Source of the DNA: a virus
DNA length: 64,000 bases
Reading direction: 5' to 3' (one strand)
Virus record (IMG/VR): IMGVR_UViG_3300023116_000031
Location: 1-64,000 of that record
Below, piece by piece: positions 19,173-26,853 of the stretch (position 1 is its first letter; every line of letters starts with the position of its first letter). The translations under genes were made by a program, and so were the position numbers. The notes under the pieces are model-generated. The model saw only the letters and a program-made list of their open reading frames with translations, did no database searches and was not told where the DNA came from.

Positions 19173-19514
19173 ATGATGAAAGAAGAAATCCTCGGTCGCC
19201 TCGCGGTCCTGATCGGTCGTATTGACGAGAAGCTCGTCGCCTATTACGCGAAAACCTATGACTTCGTTGAGCCGCCCGAGCTGCGGGTCCGTCTGGGGCG
19301 CCGCTACGCCAAGATCGTGCGGACCGGTGCTGGGCGTGGCGAATCGGTCTACTTCTTCGTAGACCTCGACAACGGCGACCTGCTGAAGGCTGCGTCCTAC
19401 AAGGCCCCTGCGAAGGGCGCTCGGGCCTCGCTGTTCGACGACGATCTGGGCATCTCTGCTGTGGGCCCGCACGGTGCGGGCTACGCTGGTGTCAACTACG
19501 ATGGAGCATGGTGA
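19173..19514 (+). CDS. Conserved phage early protein
   Basis: GRRYAKIV...SVYFFVD...GDLLKAASYKAPAKGAR motif, common in T4-like early genes. Confidence 0.7.
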   Translation: MMKEEILGRLAVLIGRIDEKLVAYYAKTYDFVEPPELRVRLGRRYAKIVRTGAGRGESVYFFVDLDNGDLLKAASYKAPAKGARASLFDDDLGISAVGPHGAGYAGVNYDGAW

Positions 19515-19696
19515 TGGGTGAGTATGATGAAATGACGGCTGAAGAGCTGCTGGCTGAGATTCGGCTCGTTCAAGGCATTCTGGAGTTCGAGACGGGTTTC
19601 GCGGCTGAGACGATGGAAGCCTTCTCGGAGGTTCTGGGCGAGCTGATCGAAGCACATCGGCTGAGGGCTGCTGGCGAGACGGCAGAGGGGTTCTGA
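19508..19696 (+). CDS. Small acidic hypothetical protein
   Basis: Coupled to the upstream ORF. Confidence 0.5.
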   Translation: MVMGEYDEMTAEELLAEIRLVQGILEFETGFAAETMEAFSEVLGELIEAHRLRAAGETAEGF

Positions 19697-19876
19697 CGGC
19701 TTTCGGTATACTTGTTAGTCGTAGCGCGCTCTGCGCGCGTAGAACGGCTTTCGGCAGTATATTGTTATAATACCGCCTGGGACTCCTAGCCGCTAGACCC
19801 CCCCAATACAATGGGGGAGAGGGTTAGCGTGAATGCCGGAATCAAAATTTTTTCCGGCACCCCAGCACACCCCCAG

Positions 19877-19904
19877 ACCTTTACGCGCGCTGCGCGCGCT
19901 ACAT
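19877..19904 (-). repeat. Right arm of the 28-bp inverted repeat
   Basis: ACCTTTACGCGCGCTGCGCGCGCTACAT. Confidence 0.85.
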
Positions 19905-19965
19905 TAACGAAGTTCCTTACCTTACCCTTCACCTTCCCACCTTCCCACAAAGGAAACACATCGTT

Positions 19966-20145
19966 ATGAACGAACTGAAAGCATACAAGCAAGCTCTCCA
20001 CCTCGCGCTCAAGACGCTCGCTGAGACTGAACTGGCTCCCACCGAGGCTCTGCTCGACCTTGAACAGGCTGTCGCGTTTCTCGAATACAAATATAATTTT
20101 ACCTCGGAAAATTTCTGCGGTAGTCTTTCGTCGGAAGACTTCTGA
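19966..20145 (+). CDS. 59-aa hypothetical protein (not in the ORF track)
   Basis: AAGGA RBS; hand translation MNELKAYKQALHL...SSEDF. Confidence 0.5.
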   Translation: MNELKAYKQALHLALKTLAETELAPTEALLDLEQAVAFLEYKYNFTSENFCGSLSSEDF

Positions 20146-20148
20146 AAA

Positions 20149-20481
20149 ATGGCAAAACGAAAGATGTGGAAAGAGGGCTCGAAGGAATACTCCCTTCACG
20201 AGTCGGGATCGCTCGCGATTACGGTAAAGCTGAAGAGCATCAACTCTGCTCTGATGGTTATCGTAAATACGGCTACGAACCCTCCGCAATATGATAGTGG
20301 AGCATGGTGGCCACTTCGGCTCGATGGCGGATTTTCAGCGGAGCCTGTCGAGTTTGGCTACACCCCCGGAGAGCCTGGCTCTGCATGGCCGTGGAATTGT
20401 CTGTCAGAGGAAGACGAGGCTTTGGTTGACGATCTGGTGACAGAGGTTGGTTGCATGTTGTTTGATCATCAAAGGAGTTGA
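20149..20481 (+). CDS. Hypothetical protein
   Basis: ORF in the tightly packed plus-strand run. Confidence 0.55.
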   Translation: MAKRKMWKEGSKEYSLHESGSLAITVKLKSINSALMVIVNTATNPPQYDSGAWWPLRLDGGFSAEPVEFGYTPGEPGSAWPWNCLSEEDEALVDDLVTEVGCMLFDHQRS

Positions 20482-20609
20482 TTGAGAATGGACCTTTACA
20501 TTTTTCTTGGTGTTGTTTCGTGGTTTGTTCTTTCACTTGTCTTCGGTGTTTTCATCGGTGGGCTTTTGAAAAGAAATTCTGATTACTATGATGTAGTAGG
20601 AGAGGAGGA

Positions 20610-20852
20610 GTGATGGCTATGGGCGAGAAACGAAGGTTTTCTGTGGTGTGGAGAGAATATCGAGATTGCGAAGCGGTGATCGAAGCAGACTCGATCGAGG
20701 AAGCGGAGGCAATGATTGTCGATGATGATGGCGACTTGGTGTCCGCAGCCGAGATGGAATCTGTGGTGGAGGAGCTGTGGCGCAGCGATCTGTTCGTTGA
20801 GTCTGGTTCAGAGTTTCTCGATGAGATTGTGGAGGAGGATGACGATGAGTGA
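20610..20852 (+). CDS. Acidic hypothetical protein
   Basis: GAGGAGGAG RBS; IEADSIEEAE motif. Confidence 0.6.
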   Translation: MMAMGEKRRFSVVWREYRDCEAVIEADSIEEAEAMIVDDDGDLVSAAEMESVVEELWRSDLFVESGSEFLDEIVEEDDDE

Positions 20853-21039
20853 CAGCAGGCTCGAAATCTTTGAAGAACTGGCTGATCATGCAGAATCTCT
20901 GGAGGAGGTTCTGGTTCGCATGTGCGAGCTGGTCTCGGACCTGGAGATGAGCATCAACGAGGATGAGAGGCTTCGCTCGGAAAGTCGATTGTTTGAGTTT
21001 GCGAGTGAGGCTGCAAGGATGGTTCAGGAGGGTCGATAG
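20845..21039 (+). CDS. Acidic helical hypothetical protein
   Basis: MSDSRLE start overlaps the upstream stop. Confidence 0.55.
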   Translation: MSDSRLEIFEELADHAESLEEVLVRMCELVSDLEMSINEDERLRSESRLFEFASEAARMVQEGR

Positions 21040-21154
21040 CGATGGAAAATGAAGTGGTCAAAGAAATCTTGGCTCCGTTGGAGGAGGCTCTCGATCAGGT
21101 GCGTTCGGACCTTTTGAGGTTGTTTGCAAAGATGTTTGAGGAGGACTGAGAAAA

Positions 21155-21703
21155 ATGGCGGCAGGGCGTCGATACCATAGGGCGGTTGGATACTGCGAAA
21201 ATAGTGACTGTGTGCAGAAGCATCGCGGAGTGTTTCTTCTGAACAATCCGGGGGAGTTCTATTGCCCGAGTTGTCGAGAGGAGGGGTTCGTCGAATCGGA
21301 GGAAGGAAGTTTCTCTGGCAATCCAGAGATGTTCAACGAGGTTCGTGTTGAGTTTGATTTTGCTCCTGCGGATCGAACCTATTCAGCCACAGCCATTGTT
21401 CGTGATGAGAGCTTGGGTGATGTGAACCAGCATGGCATTCCGCATGGCGTCTATGTTATTCGATCGCCTTTGGTCAAGACGCATGTTCGCGCATTGAAGG
21501 TGGCTGAGTCGGTGCTTTCTACTCTGAGCGTCTATGGCGGGCTGGACGAGAAGAGCGAGCTGCCGAGGTCGAGCGAGGTTCTGCTGAGCTTCGATAAGCC
21601 GAGGGCTGAGTTTGCCAAGGATCTCGTTCGGCTAGCCGAGAGCTGGGAGGCTGGGCCGAAGGCCAACATCGAAGCGGAGCCGTTCCTTCCCCGAGGGAAG
21701 TGA
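21155..21703 (+). CDS. Putative zinc-binding protein
   Basis: C-x4-C (CENSDC) and CPSC pairs; good RBS. Confidence 0.6.
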   Translation: MAAGRRYHRAVGYCENSDCVQKHRGVFLLNNPGEFYCPSCREEGFVESEEGSFSGNPEMFNEVRVEFDFAPADRTYSATAIVRDESLGDVNQHGIPHGVYVIRSPLVKTHVRALKVAESVLSTLSVYGGLDEKSELPRSSEVLLSFDKPRAEFAKDLVRLAESWEAGPKANIEAEPFLPRGK

Positions 21704-21779
21704 AACCGAAAAAACGTAGCGAAAACAGGGAGTTAGCCGGTTCAAACTATTTTTCGCCCTCGCCGGTTCTACGGGGTCC

Positions 21780-21877
21780 ACAAAAAATAGTCTAAAACCC
21801 CTTTAAAATCAAGGGGTTCCCGAGGGGACAAGGCTTTACTTTTTGGCTGAACTGTCCGATAATATAAGTGTAGTGAG
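21780..21877 (+). promoter_or_regulatory. Early promoter with the 39-bp stem-loop repeat (copy 2)
   Basis: Identical 39-mer to 18658-18696; TTTACT-N17-GATAAT; shares the GTGTAGTGAG leader. Confidence 0.75.
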
Positions 21878-21896
21878 AAAAAAGGAGTTCCCGAGA

Positions 21897-22079
21897 ATGG
21901 TTGACGGTTGGATTGCGTTCTACAAAGGAAAGAGCGTCGAGATTCCGCGCGACGATAGCTTGCCCGATCTTTGGGCAGTCAAGCTCCGCGCGATCGAGTT
22001 GCTGAACGTGCCCAAGTCTGGGCGAGGGCTGCTGGCCATTGCTCCGGCCTACAACGAGGAGAACACTGAGAATGAGTGA
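21897..22079 (+). CDS. Small early protein (GWIA.YKGK family), copy 1
   Basis: Paralog of 22212..22397. Confidence 0.65.
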   Translation: MVDGWIAFYKGKSVEIPRDDSLPDLWAVKLRAIELLNVPKSGRGLLAIAPAYNEENTENE

Positions 22080-22209
22080 AGAGCTGGAAGAGTTGAAACG
22101 AACCGTCGAGGCTCTTCGTGAAGAGCGCGAGTGGCTTCTGAATGAGCTTGCTCGTTTCGTAAACTGGTGTGCCAAGAATCATGGTGCCTGCAACAGTGAG
22201 GAAAACTGA
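22072..22209 (+). CDS. 45-aa coiled-coil protein (not in the ORF track)
   Basis: MSEELEELKRTVEALREERE...; similar to the N-terminus of the 22400 ORF. Confidence 0.55.
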   Translation: MSEELEELKRTVEALREEREWLLNELARFVNWCAKNHGACNSEEN

Positions 22210-22211
22210 GA

Positions 22212-22397
22212 ATGAGTGATGGATGGAAAATGGAAGGATGGATCGCAATTTATAAGGGAAAGCGGATCGAGATTCGCTTGGACGAAACCGATAGTCTCTG
22301 GGGCGCGGAGCAGATTGCCATCGAGCGGCTTAGGGTTCCGAAGAGTAAACGAGGTCTGCTGGCAATCGCTCCCGGCTACAGTGAGGAGAACGGCTGA
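22212..22397 (+). CDS. Small early protein (GWIA.YKGK family), copy 2
   Basis: GWIAIYKGK...VPKSKRGLLAIAPGY. Confidence 0.65.
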   Translation: MSDGWKMEGWIAIYKGKRIEIRLDETDSLWGAEQIAIERLRVPKSKRGLLAIAPGYSEENG

Positions 22398-22399
22398 GA

Positions 22400-22801
22400 A
22401 TGATTGAAGAACTGAAAGGAATCGTCAAGGATCTTCGCGAAGAACGCGAGCGGATTCTGGGTGTGCTTGATCGTTTTGCGATGCCTGCGGGCAGGGGAAA
22501 GAGGAAAACTGAAATGAGTGATGATGTGATTTTTCTGAATAGTGTCGGATCTGCTTTGGTTCGTTCGACGCTTCACGTTTACCCCGTCGAACCCAATGGG
22601 CATGTGATCTTCGATCCTTGTCTCGGCACTCCTTTGGAGAACTGCGAGGCTGAGTGGGTCAATGCGCTCGACGAGACTGACTGGAGCCTGATCGCTGACG
22701 CTGCGTATCTCACTGAAGGTGAGGTTGCGTTTGCCAAAAAGCTCGCGCGCGAGTGGAATGACGAGCCGCTGTTTGCGGCTGATCCTCGCGGAAATGACTG
22801 A
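22400..22801 (+). CDS. Hypothetical protein, probably a fusion of two small ORFs
   Basis: Internal RBS plus ATG junction motif at about 22501-22520. Confidence 0.5.
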   Translation: MIEELKGIVKDLREERERILGVLDRFAMPAGRGKRKTEMSDDVIFLNSVGSALVRSTLHVYPVEPNGHVIFDPCLGTPLENCEAEWVNALDETDWSLIADAAYLTEGEVAFAKKLAREWNDEPLFAADPRGND

Positions 22802-22808
22802 GGGAGAA

Positions 22809-23027
22809 ATGAAAGTTCGATTGATCGGCAAATCGAGACACGGCAAAAACCGTGTTCGTGAACATGGCGAGTTGTGGAATGTCGAAGCAGAGTGCGCGAC
22901 ATTGATTGCTCGACCGGGAGCAAATGGTCCATTTCTGTTTCTGCGACCAGCAAACGGTTCCGATGATATGCGGTGGGTTGCAGAAAACAACGATCCCAAC
23001 TTCAACCTTGAGTTTGTGGAGGATTGA
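22809..23027 (+). CDS. Conserved small phage protein
   Basis: LIGKSRHGKNRVREHG..W...RWV....DPNF motif. Confidence 0.65.
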   Translation: MKVRLIGKSRHGKNRVREHGELWNVEAECATLIARPGANGPFLFLRPANGSDDMRWVAENNDPNFNLEFVED

Positions 23028-23030
23028 GAG

Positions 23031-23276
23031 ATGGACATTCCCAACTGGACTGCGACGTGTCCCGAGAACGAGACGGTTCACGCGAAGATCGAGCGAGAAC
23101 TGCGCGCGAACGTCTACGACGACCTGACTCTGGGTCGAGCGATCGGGTTCGCGTTCTACAAGCTGGGTTATCAGAAGTGGCGCGCTGCTCCGTTCGCTGA
23201 GTGGGTGATACGGAATCTGGAAACGAAGGAACAGTGGGCTGCTCGAATGGGCAGAATTATGGAAGGTAAGGGATGA
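23031..23276 (+). CDS. Hypothetical protein
   Basis: GGAGG RBS; packed ORF. Confidence 0.55.
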   Translation: MDIPNWTATCPENETVHAKIERELRANVYDDLTLGRAIGFAFYKLGYQKWRAAPFAEWVIRNLETKEQWAARMGRIMEGKG

Positions 23277-23740
23277 GGACGATCGACGTTTACAATCGAG
23301 AGCAGTTTCGGATGCTCGTGCCCGATCCCGATATGTGCGTGATTTCCTGCCAGACTCCTCCGACGACGTGGGGAGAGGGGACTCTTTCCGAGATCCCGAA
23401 TGGCTGGGGTGATACTCTGGTTCTGGAGTTTCACGACGTGCTTCAACAGTCTTCCCCGGAGATGGTGGTCTTCGATGCGAAGATGGCAGATCGGGTTGTC
23501 GATTTCGTTGAGAAGGGAGGTCGCCGGTTCGTGGTTCACTGCGATGCTGGTCAATCTCGATCGGTGGCAATCGGTCTGTGGTTGAGTCAGTATCACGATT
23601 ACGACGAGGAGACTCCGATGCGTCTCCACGCTGCTCCGCATATGGGTGGCTACAACTCGACGGTTCTGCGTGAGCTTCGGCAAGCAGAGAATCGTTACTG
23701 GTATGGTGAAGACTATACCGTTCCAACAGAAGAGGATTGA
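23273..23740 (+). CDS. Cys-based protein tyrosine/dual-specificity phosphatase-like protein
   Basis: P-loop VHCDAGQSRS (CX5R) with an upstream FHD acid loop. Confidence 0.8.
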   Translation: MRTIDVYNREQFRMLVPDPDMCVISCQTPPTTWGEGTLSEIPNGWGDTLVLEFHDVLQQSSPEMVVFDAKMADRVVDFVEKGGRRFVVHCDAGQSRSVAIGLWLSQYHDYDEETPMRLHAAPHMGGYNSTVLRELRQAENRYWYGEDYTVPTEED

Positions 23741-23743
23741 GAA

Positions 23744-24049
23744 ATGATTTCAGTACGTTCAAATGAATTTCCGAATCGAGGCGAGGTGAGTAATGTTCGG
23801 TTCACGTTCGACAACGGGCACTCTGTTTCACTCGGCGTGTCTGCTTTTCACTACTGCTCTCCGCGCACGCAGCAGGGATTGAACCCTGAGCGTGAAGGCG
23901 TGGAGCTTGCGGTCATTCTGGAAAGCGGAGGATGGGGTACGCGCGAAGCGGTCTACGAGGTTCTGGGATATGATCCCGGTGACGATGTAGCCGCGAATCT
24001 CACGGCTGACGAGGTTGCGCGAATGATCGCGCACGTTCAGAGTTGGTGA
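23744..24049 (+). CDS. Conserved phage hypothetical protein
   Basis: FTFDNGHSVS...ELAVI...DDV..NLT.DEV pattern. Confidence 0.6.
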   Translation: MISVRSNEFPNRGEVSNVRFTFDNGHSVSLGVSAFHYCSPRTQQGLNPEREGVELAVILESGGWGTREAVYEVLGYDPGDDVAANLTADEVARMIAHVQSW

Positions 24050-24053
24050 TCAG

Positions 24054-24218
24054 ATGAAGCTCACGAGCAACACGACCAATGACACAATCAAGGCGATCAA
24101 GCGTGCTGCTCGTGAGCTTCACAAGGATATGCCGGCTGGTGGTCGGCACGGAACGAAAAAGGGCAAGCGTGGCTATACTCGCAAGCCCAAACACAAGAAG
24201 GTAAATGATGAGCGATAA
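24054..24218 (+). CDS. 54-aa basic protein with an ArfA-like motif (not in the ORF track)
   Basis: KKGKRGYTRKPKHK resembles the ArfA motif KKGKGSY.RK.KH. Confidence 0.45.
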   Translation: MKLTSNTTNDTIKAIKRAARELHKDMPAGGRHGTKKGKRGYTRKPKHKKVNDER

Positions 24219-24420
24219 TGATTTTTTCGATTGCGTGATCTGCGAAGAAGATGTTGACCCGCGCCGGGTTGCTCTCGGATACAAGACCTGCCTCGAATGT
24301 GGCGGCAGGGTTGCTGAGCAAGAGCGCGCTCGCAAGGCTCGATCGTCTGCTCCTGCGTTCAACAAGGGTGCGTATATGTATGTTACGAGCCGACGAATGG
24401 CTCTCGATGTGGGGAGGTGA
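24205..24420 (+). CDS. C4 zinc-finger protein, TraR/DksA-like
   Basis: CVICEEDVDPRRVALGYKTCLEC. Confidence 0.6.
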   Translation: MMSDNDFFDCVICEEDVDPRRVALGYKTCLECGGRVAEQERARKARSSAPAFNKGAYMYVTSRRMALDVGR

Positions 24421-24655
24421 TTATGCTAAATAGGCACGAGAGCAAAAGGAGCTTCAATGTGAGAGAGGTCTTTTTGACCATTTGCCCTGAATGCGTGCGC
24501 TGGATCATCAACGATGGTCCCAAAACACGCTCCGGCTCTGACCCCATTGATGCTACCAATACTCCATACAATGACTTGATTGCGTTCGGATTGAAAAACG
24601 CAGTAGGAGCCCACCGAGGATTGACCTCGGTGGTTTTGCATATTGAAGATGAGAG

Positions 24656-24919
24656 GTGGGTTTGTCGGTTGTAGTAAATGAAGATGTTGCAGTTAGAAGA
24701 GGGCAGACAAAACTCGAATCGTTTTTTGAGCAAGCGGGAGCAACCGTATTTCTATTATGTCTAACTTTCTTTACCGCTCAATTCATCGTCTATCCTCTAT
24801 TCGATGTTCCAATATCATCAGCACAAAACGTGGGCGTGACGCTTTGGTTCGCGTGCCAGAATACGACCATTCGATATATAATACGAAGACGTGTCGAAAG
24901 GCAGCTCAAGCTACAATGA
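24656..24919 (+). CDS. Small two-TM membrane protein
   Basis: QTKLESFFE followed by two hydrophobic helices and RYIIRR. Confidence 0.55.
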   Translation: MGLSVVVNEDVAVRRGQTKLESFFEQAGATVFLLCLTFFTAQFIVYPLFDVPISSAQNVGVTLWFACQNTTIRYIIRRRVERQLKLQ

Positions 24920-25080
24920 TGCTTGGTTGTCTTTTTCTCTTTGGTTGTGCTGAGTTGAATGGAAGAACCGCAAAATGGGTTCGCGATGACTGCATCAATT
25001 ATGAGATATACGAAGATGTCCGCGTTTGTACGGACGGCAACAATGCGATGGTTCAGATGCAGTTTTAGCGGAGGCGGTTT

Positions 25081-25407
25081 ATGGCAGTAATGAAGGACAT
25101 CAGGATTGACATGGAAGGGTTGACTGAAGAGAAGTGGCGGAAAATACTCAAGCGTGTCGAACGGCGTGTGACAGAAGCAAAAACAGAGAGAGAGCGTCGT
25201 AGCAGACCTTACGTCAGCAGTGTGGATGCTGAGGCAATCGCATCCCATAACGAGTTCCTTGAGAGATACAGAGCAATACTGGCAAATCGTGCTGCCATGG
25301 TCGAGTCCGAAGCATCAGCGTGGGGTGTGTATTCTATGTTCGGAATACCTCCGGCTGAATACGAAGACGATGACGACGATGACGATTTGGAAACAGAGGA
25401 TAGGTAA
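25081..25407 (+). CDS. Hypothetical protein with an acidic tail
   Basis: GGAGG RBS. Confidence 0.55.
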   Translation: MAVMKDIRIDMEGLTEEKWRKILKRVERRVTEAKTERERRSRPYVSSVDAEAIASHNEFLERYRAILANRAAMVESEASAWGVYSMFGIPPAEYEDDDDDDDLETEDR

Positions 25408-25538
25408 ATGAGCGAAGAAGCACTTTTGATCCATGCCATTTGGATCTTCATTGTTGTTTACGCTGCTGTTGTTTTTCGGAATGCGTGAGTGAGGAGAAAA
25501 TCTAAATACCAATATACACCACTATGGGAGGTTGGATA

Positions 25539-26285
25539 GTGACCAAACGTGAGCGCCGGCGAATGCGAAAAGCTGAACGTCAACTGCAACTCGTAGGATC
25601 AGTAGAACCATTAGAAAAGGAAAAGCCACAAAGAAGATCAAAGAAAGTGGAAATCAAACCACGGAACTTCAGGCAGCGGCGACTGCTCGCTGCGCTGAAC
25701 AACGAGGACAATTCAATCGTCCTCGCGACCGGTCCTGCTGGAACCGGCAAAACCCTCCTGGCGACATTGCACGCCATTAAGGCGCTTCAAGAGAAGACGA
25801 TCCGAAAGATCGTGATCACGCGCCCCGCCGTATCGGTTGAGGAACAACATGGCTTCCTCCCCGGCGACATCAATGACAAAATGATGCCATGGCTCATGCC
25901 AATCATCGACGTGTTCGAGGAGTATTATCATCCAGAACAGGTCAAACAGATGATCAAGGATAAGGTCATCGAGGTTGCTCCGCTCGCGTACATGCGTGGA
26001 CGAACCTTCAAGGATGCCATCGTCATTCTCGACGAAGCCCAGAACACAACCCCATCCCAAATGAAAATGATTACCACTCGCCTCGGCGATAACTGTCGCT
26101 TGTTTATTACGGGCGATGGCGATCAATACGATCGAGGTTATGCGAGGAATGGGCTTGGAGACTTTGCCGATCGGTTGCGAGCATACGGCTCGGATCATAT
26201 TGCCGTTGTGGCATTTGATTCCGGTGATGTCGAGCGCGCGCCAATCGTGGCTGAGGTGCTGGCGCTCTACGCCGAAGAAGGTTGA
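25539..26285 (+). CDS. phoH: PhoH-family ATPase
   Basis: GPAGTGKT, ITRPAV, GFLPGD, PLAYMRGRTF, LDEAQN, TRLG. GTG start after GGAGG; CTAAATA at 25502. Confidence 0.93.
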   Translation: MTKRERRRMRKAERQLQLVGSVEPLEKEKPQRRSKKVEIKPRNFRQRRLLAALNNEDNSIVLATGPAGTGKTLLATLHAIKALQEKTIRKIVITRPAVSVEEQHGFLPGDINDKMMPWLMPIIDVFEEYYHPEQVKQMIKDKVIEVAPLAYMRGRTFKDAIVILDEAQNTTPSQMKMITTRLGDNCRLFITGDGDQYDRGYARNGLGDFADRLRAYGSDHIAVVAFDSGDVERAPIVAEVLALYAEEG

Positions 26286-26443
26286 TCCCCGGCGTACCCC
26301 GGAGAGCCCTACCGATCGACGAGCCGCGCAAGACGGCTCGCGGTCGGCTCGCGTCGGGGGCCGCCGCAACCCCTTGATTTTATTACGCTTTTCGGCATCT
26401 GCCGTAAGTGCTTGATTTTGTTTATGTTTTCGGTTTATGAAAA

Positions 26444-26517
26444 ATGACTCCCGGTCACGAAAAATCGACATTCCCCGAGGGGAAACCCATTGACTTCCGA
26501 CCTCAGGTTGCTACCTT
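26444..26517 (+). promoter_or_regulatory. Operator-like palindromes plus promoter
   Basis: ATGACTCCCGGTCAC, TTCCCCGAGGGGAA, then TTGACT-N16-TACCTT. Confidence 0.6.
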
Positions 26518-26546
26518 TACGCAGTAACAAAAAAGAGGTGTGTCGC

Positions 26547-26735
26547 ATGACCGATTCCAGAGAGACCGTTGCCGAGTTCCTTTCCCGTGGGGGAAAGATC
26601 ACCCGAGGGAAAACCCGCAAGGCGAACGGCTTTGCTTCCCTGACCACCGGCGTCCGCGTCGGCTCGACCAAGTGTCGCGGTCGGGAGATGGCGATCCGGG
26701 CTGCGGTCAAGGTCGAGCGCGCCGTCAGAAAGTGA
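26547..26735 (+). CDS. Small basic protein with a SutA-like RNAP-binding motif
   Basis: VAEFLSRGGKIT resembles SutA EEFL.RGGKV; GAGG RBS. Confidence 0.5.
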   Translation: MTDSRETVAEFLSRGGKITRGKTRKANGFASLTTGVRVGSTKCRGREMAIRAAVKVERAVRK

Positions 26736-26795
26736 CCGCGAGTCATCTTCTTCCCCCGCAGGGATAGTTGACACTCACTCCTCTGCGCTTATATT
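26732..26795 (+). promoter_or_regulatory. Operator-like palindrome plus promoter
   Basis: GTGACCGCGAGTCAT, then TTGACA-N16-TATATT. Confidence 0.6.
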
Positions 26796-26853
26796 TTCCA
26801 AAGCTCGCGAGAGTTGCGAGCGAACCCAAAACCCAAAGTGAGGTATTTTCATC

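Noticed and set aside
17572-19904. IS or transposon bounded by the 28-bp inverted repeats
   Set aside because: No transposase-sized ORF lies inside and no target-site duplication is evident.
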